Of a stretch of DNA of 64,000 nt, positions 27,238 to 38,207 are shown one piece after another. The position numbers and the translations under genes were made by a program. The stretch is from Cenococcum geophilum (lineage: Eukaryota), in NCBI GenBank assembly GCA_050273025.1, contig CP158635.1, positions 4,402,001-4,466,000 of the forward strand, written 5' to 3'. The notes under the pieces are model-generated. The model did not search any database and was not told where the DNA came from. It was given only the letters and a program-made list of their open reading frames with translations. How positions within the stretch are numbered: position 1 is the stretch's first letter; each line of letters begins with the position of its first letter.

Positions 27238-28594
27238 AATAATAATAATTCATTGCTTAACGTCCGATTCGGATCCCTACTGGGCCCACGCGGACTACTC
27301 CTTATTTACATATGGGGAGAAAACTCTATTTAAGAAAAATAAGAAAACCCCATGATCCATCTCCCTGCCTTTTAGGACTCGCCTGCTTAGCGCCTACAAG
27401 TTGCCTATAGTGCTCTACTACCTTACTGTTTGACCTTCTTAGGAACCACTGCTGCCGTAACAAGCCTACGGACGCGCTAGTATTACAAACTTTTACTCTA
27501 CTACTATAGAGTTACTAGGGGGCACCTACTACTCGCCCCCTTGCCTTCTATTACCATTTCCCTTACAACCCGGAACTAATTTAGCACATTTTAACTAATA
27601 AGCCACTAGGTAACCGCCTTAAGGCCTTTTTATGTTAAGAGTAGTGTATTATAGTTCTCTATGCCAGCTGCTGAGAGCATTATTTCTTAATTGGTGCGTA
27701 GGGGGCATAGCAGTATTACGTGTTTTGGTGTCTGTCTTAGCCAGCCACATTCGCATCTTAGGCTACCTACTAGGACACCTACCCAGTAAAGCCAATCTTT
27801 TAGTCCTATTATTCCTATTCTTAAGAGTATTGCTATTATATTTTCTACCTTTATTAGGCCTTCTTGGAGCCCTTAGGTATTTACCCCCTATAGCGTTAAC
27901 TATGCTATAGCTTAGGTTCGTCTTGCCTAAGTCAGCCTCTATACCTTCGACTCCTATTCGCCTCTCTAGCGTTGGTCCAACCAGTATTGCATTACGGTAG
28001 ATGGTTTCCTAGCGTTCTTATATATTCTACTTTAGCTCCTTTCTCTGTCTTGCTATTATCTTTACTAACCTCTTACGCATCTCCCTTTCTCCTCTATATA
28101 GGCCTGAGCCCTAAAGCGGCACCATTCTTCTTCTGCTTTCTTTACCTGTTTCTCTAATATCTCTTCCCTACTTTAGGGTTATTGGTTTATTCTCCTACGG
28201 GGCACCTTAAGGTCCCTCTATAGTTTACTTAGGCGTGTTTTAATATACTTTGTAACATTAGAGTTGCGTTTATTTTGCGTTCTTTATATTGCAGCGGCTT
28301 TAATATATAACTGTAGGGGGGGAATATTGGATTCCTTCTTAAGCAGTGCTGTGGCCGTTCGCTTATACCCGCCTATGATACTCCAGAGGCAGGCTGTTTG
28401 GACCTTTTAAAGTGGTTTAAGGAGTAATTTTGGGGGGCCCTTCTCAGTTTCTCCAATGGCCCAGATACTGGATCCATATGTCATGGTTGGCCAGACGACT
28501 GCTGTATATAGTAGGCGTGACCTCTAGAAGCATGGACCCCATGTGGAATTGACAATCCTGGATAAAGCGATGAACTGTGCTTGGCCTTTACGGG
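27238..28594 (-). mobile_element. 5'-truncated LINE of a second Tad1-like family
   Basis: RT-thumb motif ALSRIVNSTWGP...RLLYTAVV.PTMTYGSSIW at ~28460-28568. (TTA)n tail at ~27238-27250. ~20-bp TSD at 27218-27237 and 28595-28614. Confidence 0.85.
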
Positions 28595-28602
28595 CCGTAT
28601 AC

Positions 28603-29759
28603 CAGTGATATAATTGGTCTGGTTAGTTATAAATTTTGTCCCTATAACCAACCAATAGCCTATTTAAAGGCCCTAACCGGTTGCCTAACTGGTTAAACCA
28701 GATAAACCAAATGAGATTAGAAATATCATAAGTCTTAGACTCTTAGCATAGTGTTAAGTTAAAACAACCGTTAATAACTATATTTAATAGCATCTCCCTT
28801 ATCGCTTTCATTATTATTATTGCCGCAATCGCTCTTACTAAGCTCCCCTTCCTACTTATCCTGTTCCTTATCCTTTTCCTTATCCTTTTCTTCATCTATA
28901 TTACCTATTATATTATAACCTTTCTTAGCGGCGGCTTTAGCGGCAGCTTTAGAAGCAGCTTCTTCCTTATAAATTGTCAACGTTAGGATCAACGCCTTGC
29001 TAAAAGGCCTTGGGCTTTAGGCGCCTATATTAGGACTTTAGTAATATTAAATATCTGTGGCTTTATAAACTATCGCATATCCCTTCTCTTCCTCCTATAT
29101 ATGCGACTTCTTTATACGGCCTCCGCGCTTCCTCGTAACCTTATTATAACGCCTATACCATTAGCCGTAGACTTTAAATCGCTTTTACTAAAAGGCCTAG
29201 CTTACCGCAAGCTCTAGCGCGGAGTTAGACTTAGCTTTATAATAGGTAAGAGGCTCTACCGGAGCTTTATCCGGCTTCGTCTTTTAATACTTCCTTTTTT
29301 AGCTTTAAGACTAATAGGCGCGCTTTTTAGGGATAGTAAGAGCCTTGCCCGCAGAACGGCTATTGCCTATAAGACTACTACCCCCACTACGCGATAATCG
29401 ACCGGTTAAAATAAAGGCCTCCATTAAGTTAACAATAGGCAGAAATAAGGGCAATTAGCAATAAGGATAAAGCAATAAGCGCAATACGATAAGCGCAACG
29501 CGACGTATAAACGGGCTCTTAAATTAGTAAGGGGGTAAACTTTAACAATTAAGTGGCTCTAGCTCTTATGCGTGGCGCCTTACCCAAAACCTTAGCACCA
29601 AGACTCTATACTAACTTAATTGGTTTAGGTAGTTAACCGGTTAAGCGGAATTTTCTATAACCAACCAATCGGAAGCTAAAAAAAGCTCCAACCGGTTGCG
29701 ATTTTGGAAGCGTAACCAACCAACCAACCAAAACTTCAACCAGACCAGTGACATCACTG
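28603..29759. mobile_element. Non-autonomous hAT-type element (1157 bp)
   Basis: ~22-bp TIRs CAGTGAT...TGGTCTGGTT. 8-bp TSD CCGTATAC at 28595-28602 and 29760-29767. Many subterminal AACC/GGTT motifs. No transposase motif seen. Confidence 0.85.
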
Positions 29760-30022
29760 CCGTATACGCGCATATGGGTAAGTAATGGTATCTTGCCGTA
29801 GGCAATCTTATATGGAGTTTTCCACCCTAGTTGCTTATTTGGGGTTCGATTAAGTGCGTAGCTAGCAGTAAGGAAAGCTTCTGGTCTTAGAGATGGGGGT
29901 AAGGATGCTTCTAGCTGCATAGCTCTTAATCGTTCCATAAGGGTTCATCCAGATCTTTCGGCTCTACTATTTTGTTCTTTAGTATATGGCGCTCGACATT
30001 CAAAAGTAATGCCTTTGACACG

Positions 30023-30372
30023 AACGCACGCACGAAGCTACAAAAGAGGGGGTCAAGGGGGTCTCCCCTTAAGGTTTAATATGGAAGCTCTATATAGTAA
30101 GGCTTTACATAACACTCTATATAAAGCTCTATGCAGAGCTCTATAGGGGAAGATTTAATATAGAAGCTCTACGTAATAAGGCTTTATATATGGCTCTATA
30201 CGTAGCTTTACTTAAAGCTCTACCAAAGCTCTGCTAAAGCTTTACTACCCCTATATAAAGCCTTATTAAGAACTTAATATGCATTAACTTGTAATTATTA
30301 TAATTCAACTATACTAAACCCCGCCCCTATATATACCTAAGCCGTGCCTTAATCTACTCTGCTTACTAAGCG
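30023..30372. repeat. Unclassified RIP'd repeat end forming the AT/GC border
   Basis: Repeated aagctcta/aaggcttta units and a GC hairpin aagggggtctcccctt. The minus-strand end reads TTAC-gcttagtaagcag. Confidence 0.5.
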
Positions 30373-30461
30373 TAAACTGGGCCAGAATTTTCGTTGGCGT
30401 TGACCCCAACGACTATCATGTTACATTTCAACAGCTAGCAGCCCAGTAAAAGTACACGGGA

Positions 30462-32664
30462 CTAAGTCGTCGAGTCCAGTCCAACGTGACCACTGGCCAA
30501 GTATTTGAAGTCAGTTGGAAGATTAGCTTCATCTAACCGAAGCCTCTCGCGCAGGCAACCAGGCCGTGATGGTTTGAAAAATTGAGAGGGGTTGCCGATG
30601 GGATACTCCAGCATCCACCCCAATTTGTGTTTGAAGGTGCCTTCCGGGCGTTGGCCTTGGTCGAATTTGAAGCCCACGCAGATCGTAAGGATGTAAATTG
30701 CGGCTAGTGCACCAGCGCAATATACAGACCCCACCACGACTGTCAGCACCCAAGTCGGTTTCGTCAGCAGGAATGTATGGTGACTGTCTATGAGAACCAG
30801 AGGCATAATAACCACCAATCCGTTTCCGCAGAGAAACATCATACCGACGACCCAGCGAAGTAAGAATTGAACAGCGCCGTAGGGCATGGAGTCTTGAGGT
30901 CGTGGGTCTGGATCTTCCGAATGTGTTGAATGGGACGGCGAAGGGGAGAGGTTAGCGCTGACTTCCAACGGTGAGGCAGTGCCCGCGGCTGCCTCGTTTT
31001 GAAAGCGACGCTTTCTGATGTGTTTGTAAAAGGCCAAGAAGCCTATCCCGAGCATGACTGACAGAGTCCAGATTCAGCTTTGGCTATTATCAAAGGCCTT
31101 GAGACTTACTTCCAGAGATGGAATGTCCGTACATGAAAAAACTACTAATAAAAACTTGAGCCTCTCTGGAATCCCGAAACGCCGGCATTGTGGCAATGGT
31201 GACGAGCGATATCAACGTAATAAGTAGAAGACCTCCCCTAGGAGTGCCGTTCTCATCCCATTTAGACTTTCCGTACGTTGAGCTCGCTTGGAATGGTTTG
31301 TAGAATGGTATAAGTCTTCTCCGTGCAATTATTCTCAGTACTTTACGGGCGTCAGTCACTAGGTTCTTAAAGTGAAATATGCAGTGCAAACCTCTACTGT
31401 TGGTATATAGAACGCTGATAACATTTCCCATTGAAGAGAATGCGATACACAGTGACATTGAACATGACGTATTTTCTATTGAATGCGTAGCAAAAACCTT
31501 CAACGCAAGTCAGATGTGATCTCGAGGAAACACGGTTGAATGCAAATGGTGGAAGTGACCTTCATCGCAAAAAATGCTATCAATGATTCCTTCTTGTTTA
31601 CAATCGTGTCGAGATCAAGTAGCCAAAACTTGCAAGCAGGTTAGCAGGGCTCACCAAAATTCAGGAAGTAACGTACCAAGAGCATGTTGAACGAGAAGTA
31701 CAGCATAATGACTCCCGACACGGCGAAGTAGGCACCTTGCTTCAAAGCTTTCATTCGGCTCCGAGAACATTCGTTGAAATGCTGATCTTCACCGCCATCT
31801 ATTTCGGAGGTAACGTAATCTTCTCCCTCTCAGCTAGTACAGGGTGAAGGCGAGAGGATTCATATACTTACCTGCGGCTTGCCATCCTTGGTAGCTGTAA
31901 AGAACCAGAACGATAGCCAATGGCATATTTCGACCGTGGATGTCGTCATCAAACTCTGTCATGAAACCATCAAACCATGGAACGGATTGTCTTTCTATGA
32001 TTGCTCGTACCAACCCTGCCAAAATCATAACCAGCAGGAATATGACCTTGGTTGTAGCAACGCCCCGATTTGTGAAGATTGAGACCCTTGGCAGGCAGTA
32101 GTGCATCCAGGCAAAGATCATAATTAATGCGCTGGCAATACACATCGTGCGCCATTCATTTGGATGTGTAGATCGGTATGGAACTACATGTTGTGCAAAG
32201 GCCAATGAGCTTGCTACAGGTGTCGAAAAGGCAACAAAGAACCAGGCAAACGAGCATATGAACACCAGTGGTGGACGTGTAAACACCCTAGAAATCTGGC
32301 TTGAATATCAATGGTGGGAAGTTTACCCCTGCTTTGAAGTGCTCACATAAATAAACTCCCCTCCATTAAAGGGCCAAGCAGCAGCATACTCGAGATTAAC
32401 ATGAAGGCTGACGGTTCATTAATGATTTGAAGGTCAATGGCACTGCGTCGGAGGGAAAGGTACATACCAAAATAGAGTGTATATACCACCGAGAAGCCAG
32501 GCGACTGCCGCGGCTAGTTTACTTCCAGCGAGTATTGTTATAAAAGGTGGTAATATGAAGATATCCCAACCTATCATTCGATTAATGATAAGACAAGTAA
32601 CGTCCCACCTGACGAGCGCAAGTAGGATTGGACGACTTCCATCAGTAGAACCAGTGCCCTGCAT
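30462..32664 (-). CDS. APC-superfamily amino-acid permease (Mup1/LAT-like), multi-exon
   Basis: DVTCLIINRMIGWDIF..P, LEY...WPFNGGEFIY, VLYSYQGW, DYVTSEI and many TM segments, with GT-AG introns. Start taken at ATG 32664. Confidence 0.85.
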
Positions 32665-33180
32665 GTCGTTGTTGCACAGCGGAAAGCAGTAGATAAGTTT
32701 CTTACACAAACCAAACGCCTCAATGGTAAATCACGATCAATATATCGACGCTGTCAAGGCACTTGCTATTTACAATGCGTCGGACAATTGCGAGGAACTT
32801 TAGGGGGAAAAGCGAGAGGCGAATACTTGACGAGATGGTATTCGAAAGATTTGAGGTGGACCATCATTTTACTGGGGAATGGCTGAGGACCCCACCGCCA
32901 ACCCAGGGCTTTCTAGAAGGCGGCGAGGCAGCCTTTGGGAATAGATACGATACTGTGCGGCTCTAAAATAGAGCGGGGTTCACACAGAAGGACGCACGCA
33001 AGGCATAAATCAGCATTAGGCCCCACAGCCCCGAGCATCTGTGGGGCTTTAGTGTCAAGAACGCCTTATCGCAAAGTTCGAGGGAATAGAGAACTTCTCT
33101 CCCCAATTGCCACCGGTCAGCGACATATTGTTCGTGTTCGACGAGAAAGCCCTACGACCTCGCCCCTCGGTTCACACAGG

Positions 33181-33569
33181 ATGGAAGAACAGGTCCTTGA
33201 AGGACGGTATATTACCTACAAAAACACTCTGAGGGACTTCCTCATCGAGACTTACGGGCATGGTAATTTTCAAATCACTGTATGCTCCCAATGTTGGATC
33301 CCATAATATGTCCTAATCAACTATGCTTAAACCATCCAAGGCGGTAGACGGGGGCGAACGATGGAGCATAAGGGTACCGCAAGGCCGCACGTTAAATGCA
33401 GTAAGTAATTTCGATTGCAAAGTATTAGGAACACAATGGCTGACGACAATGGTTCGCGAAATCCCAGATTCAAAAGCGAGAAATTCAAAGGCGTTCTCAG
33501 CGTGCAATCCAGCAAGACCGGGAGGCCGAACTGGAGCAGCAACGAAATGAGGATGAAGGTCAAGAGTAG
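33181..33569 (+). CDS. 86-aa hypothetical microprotein (exons 33181-33279, 33341-33400, 33468-33569)
   Basis: Canonical GTATGC/GTAAGT donors, CTAAT/CTGAC branch sites and AG acceptors. Spliced product MEEQVLEGRYITYKNTLRDFLIETYGHGNFQITAVDGGERWSIRVPQGRTLNAIQKREIQRRSQRAIQQDREAELEQQRNEDEGQE. Confidence 0.7.
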
Positions 33570-33851
33570 AACTGCGGAACGTGAAAAATATGAAAAGCCA
33601 AGATTACATGTGTATCAGGGACAGGCACAAAATTGGGGTATTATTGCCATTACGACCTTATGCAGATTTCTTTTCCTGACACATTTCTGGGATGACAAGG
33701 CGAAGGCTTTATTGGTTTACGGCTCACCGATGAGAAATTGCATGGTAAGCTTGCTTTTGGTTGGCAGGGAGGGTGGAAGATGCACGCCATTCGGCGAAGG
33801 GCCGTCCCGCGTCGGGTTAATGCCATCCGTCTGGTTTCACACTTATCGTTA

Positions 33852-34970
33852 ACGTGGGACCCCAGGAAGCGAGACCCCCTGCAATCGAGACACTCTTGGC
33901 TTAACTTACAACTCTAATAACTTTAAATATTATTATTAAATAAAATATATTTATATTTATATAAAAAGTTAAAAATAAAAATAAAAATAAAAATCTTTTA
34001 AAAAGGTTATATATATTATTTTATTTTTATTTATTTTTAAACTTAAGGTTATATATTAATATTTTTTTATATTATTTATTTTTTAATATATTATAATAGT
34101 TTGCTAACTTTTAGGCTAGGCGAAGATAGAACGCGTAAGACTAATTAAAAGGAAATACTTAGGTTTTTTTCCTAATAAGGGCTTTTTCCTATATATAGAA
34201 GGTAAAAGCCTATATAGACCTAGAAAGGGACCAAATCGGGCAATAAATAGAATTAATAATAATAATAATAATAGTTTACTGATTTAATGTAATGTAGGTA
34301 ATAGGGTTATAACAGTTAGTATAATTATAATAGTTTAAAATATCAAAACTGCGTATAGACAAAATTTATTAGGAACCATTATAATCCTATTACCTACGTT
34401 ATAATAAATAAAATATTTTTTATCCTTTATATATTAAATTTTTAAAATAAAGTAATATATAATATTAAGTAATAGGCCCGTACGTCGGGGACCTAACTAT
34501 TACCTTGCTTATTATATATATTGTTCTACATAGCGTATCCAGCAAGTATACTAGATATTTGCTTACTTTTTTAGTATATTTAGCTCGAGTAGTATAGAGT
34601 TTATCGCTTTATATATAAATTATTATATTTCTATAATATTATATAGTTAGAAACCTTAAAGAAACCAATAAATTTTTTTTAAATATTATAAAGTATAGCC
34701 CTTACGCTAATCGGACTATATATACTAAAAAGATAAGTAAGGTAATGCGTTACCCCAAAAAATTTATACTTATAATAGTAATATAATAATAATATAATAA
34801 TATATTACGTTTTTATTACGTTTTTATTACGTTTTTATTAAGTTTTTATATCAATACTATTATTATAAATTAAATTTATATATATGAATAAATTGTTTAT
34901 TAAATTGTTTATTAGAAGGGTATTATTTAGTGTCTCGCTTGGAGGTGTCTCGCCTCCTGGGGTCCCACGT
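33852..34970. mobile_element. Non-autonomous Fot1/pogo-like (Tc1-mariner) TIR element with an extremely AT-rich interior
   Basis: ~43-bp TIRs beginning ACGTGGGACCCCAGGA at 33852-33894 and 34929-34970. TA on both flanks (33850-33851, 34971-34972). Confidence 0.88.
34111..34270 (+). mobile_element. ~160-bp 3' end of the same LINE family as 7428-12621
   Basis: Matches the reverse complement of ~7428-7575 and ends in (AAT)n. Flanks tagtttgctaactt and tagtttactgattt look like a RIP-diverged TSD. Confidence 0.85.
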
Positions 34971-35567
34971 TATCTCCCGGGTTTTACAAGTATTGCAAAT
35001 TGTGAAGAAAGGTGAAAGGAAAGAATGGAGGATGGATGATGAAGGGGGAAATTGTGTATGAAGAAGAGCATTTGCATATCTTAATAGAATTTGGAGGAGT
35101 TGCTGAAACTTGTCGCGCTCGTCCAAATTTGGACTAGCTACTGAGCTCGAAATGTGGGTCCACGTGATGATCCAGTTGAAGACAATATCATGGGAGTGAC
35201 GGACGTTCATAATTACGTTTGGGAAGATAAGTTCGTGTTGATACACACAACGTAGCATAATGTCCTAAGTTCTTGGTGCTTGTTCGAAAGCGCGGCAAGG
35301 CTGAGGCGGCGCAGCCAACCAGTTGTCATCGTGTTACGAGAAGGCAGTAGGCAAAGGGCAACCGCATGGATCCGCTTTCATTCAGAGCTGGTCTCTCGAA
35401 GAGGGATTCTCCATTACATTCGCCTTTATGTTACCTCCTTTTACTGCCTCAAGGCGACTATTCATTTCAGCCTCGCCGCCGTCCAAGTGGGGCAAGTTTG
35501 AGGGCAAAGGTATAAGGCCCCTCAGTTCCAGCTCAGTATTGTATGTCCGATGCTAGTCGAAGTCAGT

Positions 35568-37459
35568 ATGGTTGAGCGCGAGCATACTCCTGAATGTTTC
35601 CGTGGATGGCAAGAGTTCCCCAAAAATCTATCCTTATCTCTTCTTCACGTCGATTCCAACCGGTGCTCCGTACGGCTCTCCCAAGATTCCGAAAGGCTGT
35701 TCGTCTCCGATAAAGACAGTCGGCTATGGGCACTTGTAATAGACAATGCCGGAGTAACTAAAGGTCGTAGTAGCATTTATCTGCCATACTTCATGACAAT
35801 GACTGGGCTAGTACAAAGGATGGACTGCTGATCAAGCCTTTACAGACGGCCAACGGGATGTTCGGCATGTCACGTTCCAAGACTCTTCCCAACTTGCTTC
35901 CTACCTGGAACAGTCTTCCTCATCAACGCACGTATTGCAAGTGGCTTCGTATTCATTCTTTATAGTGTCAAATTATCTGACAACAAAGATTAGCTTCATT
36001 CGCCAAAGCTTTTCCTGGGGCCGACTTCTCATATCAGAGAATATGTTAAGGAAATTGTTCACGAGTCAAAACGTTCACCCAAATTTTCTCGACGTAGTGC
36101 ACACTTTTGGAGAGAAAGCCGAGCCCGTCGAAGAGAGTTTCTCGGCATTTTTCTACCATCCTCTATCACAGTATCAAGCGCTTGGTTCTGAGTCCCCTAA
36201 TGAGAATGCAGGCTATGGTAAGATTGTCCAAAATCGGGTTGACATGGAAAAAGTATTGCTCGTGCTGAACGGCCGTAGTTATTGGATACAACATTAAGTA
36301 TGTTGCAGGACACGGCAGACCATTCCTGAAAGACCCTTATTCCGTCAGGGAAACGGGTGTCTTCCAGCTATGTGCCAACAGTTCTGCGTCTGCACAGCGG
36401 TGTAGCTGGGTGTTTATTCACCCATCAGACGCTTTGGAAGAACGGCTGGGAGAGGTCTTCAAAAATGCAAAGCAGACAACTTGCACGCTTCAGTTCCAGA
36501 TCCATGCTCTAGTGCTTCTCAGTGTATCTGACAACTGGAGAACTTATACAAATTACCTAGAGGAATCGTTCCGGAGGCTGGTAAGCACTGAGCAATTCGC
36601 GGATTTAGTACTACGAATAACCATAATATCAAGCTTGAACGAGGCTTCTATACGAACATCAACGGCCCCACAGTCGAGGGTGACATTGATACAGATTTCT
36701 CTGATATTCGGAAATTACAGTTGCTGACAGATAAACTCCGTCGACTCTGTCATATATTGCAGCTCAATATCAACCTCGGGACGCAATTGAAAAGCTGCAT
36801 GCAACAAATTAAAGATAGAACATGTGCAGTATCATCTTCTGTTTCATCTTTTGATAGCTTTAATTCTCAAATGGACCTGTTTATTTCCCAACACCGGACC
36901 CACCTTGCGAGGATCGAATCGTTGGTATCACGGGCGCAAGGGGTGTCAGGACTGGTGAGTAGCTCTTCCTATCGTTCGACCCTCTTACTGATTGGGATTG
37001 GAATAGATACAGAGCATTCTAGACATCCGCACTGCAGAAAGTAGTAGTAGAATAAATACTGCCGTTCACGACATTACTCAGCAAGGTATTCAGGAAAACA
37101 AACTTATAAAACAGCTGACGCATCAATCTACTCAGGATACACGAGCGATGAAGTTGATAGCTTTGATATCTGCAATCTTCTTGCCCGCGACTTTTGTTGC
37201 TGTAGGTCTCTTTTGGAGGTGTCGTCATTGCTAGTATTAACGTTGAAGAACCATGCAGACCTTTTTTGGTTCAAACTTTTTTGGCTTCAAGTCTGATCGG
37301 AGCCGCAATGTCCTTGTAGCCGCGGAAAATATCTGGATATATCTTGTTACTGCTGTTGGACTGTCAAGTCTCACCCTAGCCGCATGGTTCTGGTGGCTGA
37401 GGAGAACAAGGCATCCTCCTCAAAGTTCAGCTGAATCGGACATTGAAGCATTCTCATGA
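35568..37459 (+). CDS. Fungal CorA-like protein with a C-terminal two-TM hairpin, multi-exon
   Basis: FIRQSFSWGRLLIS...VHPNFLDVVHTFG, YNIKYV..HGR....DPYSVRETGVFQ, NWRTYTNYLE, coiled coil, then AMKLIALISAIFLPATFVATFFGSNFF...IWIYLVTAVGLS. Alternative start at 35550. Confidence 0.85.
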
Positions 37460-38207
37460 GGTCTTTCGAGGATTACGGATTCACCGACGCCGGAAAAGTT
37501 TCAAGGGAACCATGGGCGAAGATGGTTCCTGAATATGATGTGGAACCTTTCGAAAACAGCTGGGAGCAAAATCACACCTCTTTTTCACCGCAAAGCCGCC
37601 AAGTGCTTTGCAATATCTCCTTTGCAAGGCTCATATCTTTTCCGCTGCTGTAGCTAGTATTTCATTTGGTAACGGAGCATATGTTGTTCTCTGGGAATCT
37701 GTCTCTTGATCGTCAGTATTCCGCAAAACTTTTTTGGACTTTCCTTCATTTCTCTTAGTTTTCGTTAATTGTTTGAGCTTGCGCTATCATTCAATTCTAT
37801 GGAGGCGTAAATGGATTAGTAAAATGGAGTGTTTTTGTTATTCCCTTCTTCTGTTCTACATGTTTTGCGTTAGTTTCCAGTATTCCAGAAAGCTGATTGA
37901 AAGCCGGGCGGCTTTCAGTAGGCTTTCACAGCCCCCTTGATCCTGGTATACACTAGTCTATCTATATTATGCAATCGGATATTAATTGAATTAAGGCGTA
38001 TTTGTCTGGAGGGGTATCTAGCGTATTATAACCATGCAGAAATGATATGTCCCGTGATTCTCCACCGGAACGGAAATGCAAATGCCAAAGGAGAAATAAT
38101 TAAGGAACAAACAAGAACGCCTTCAATAAAATCATGACTCGCACGCATATCTATACGCGGCAAGCAGACTCGGCAAATTGCGATGCCCGTTGCTCTCGCA
38201 CAGGATT

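Larger units (their letters stand above)
26689..30022 (-). mobile_element. Ty1/Copia integrase fragment in two pieces (26689-27225 and 29760-30022)
   Basis: APYTKEQN.RAER...LPPSL(W)PEA...LNRTP...KTPY...HMRVYG continues after the inserts as (C)KTY...KLAP.ALI.YLVGYD.TNIY.I...VIQTRDV.F. Confidence 0.88.
1..30372. other. AT-rich, RIP-mutated transposon block
   Basis: Strong excess of TpA and depletion of CpA/TpG. TE reading frames are full of TAA/TAG and Cys>Tyr, Asp>Asn, Trp>stop changes. Normal composition starts abruptly at ~30373. Confidence 0.95.

Noticed and set aside
375..28157. Short Leu/Ile/Tyr-rich ORFs in the AT block (for example 375-656, 5951-6160, 17890-18078, 27632-27910)
   Set aside because: Chance or antisense frames in RIP-mutated transposon DNA, not host genes.
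29633..29938. 101-aa ORF
   Set aside because: Chimera of a Copia integrase fragment reading into the hAT TIR.
1..30372. Telomere or centromere identity of the AT block
   Set aside because: No TTAGGG arrays; chromosomal position cannot be inferred from this window.
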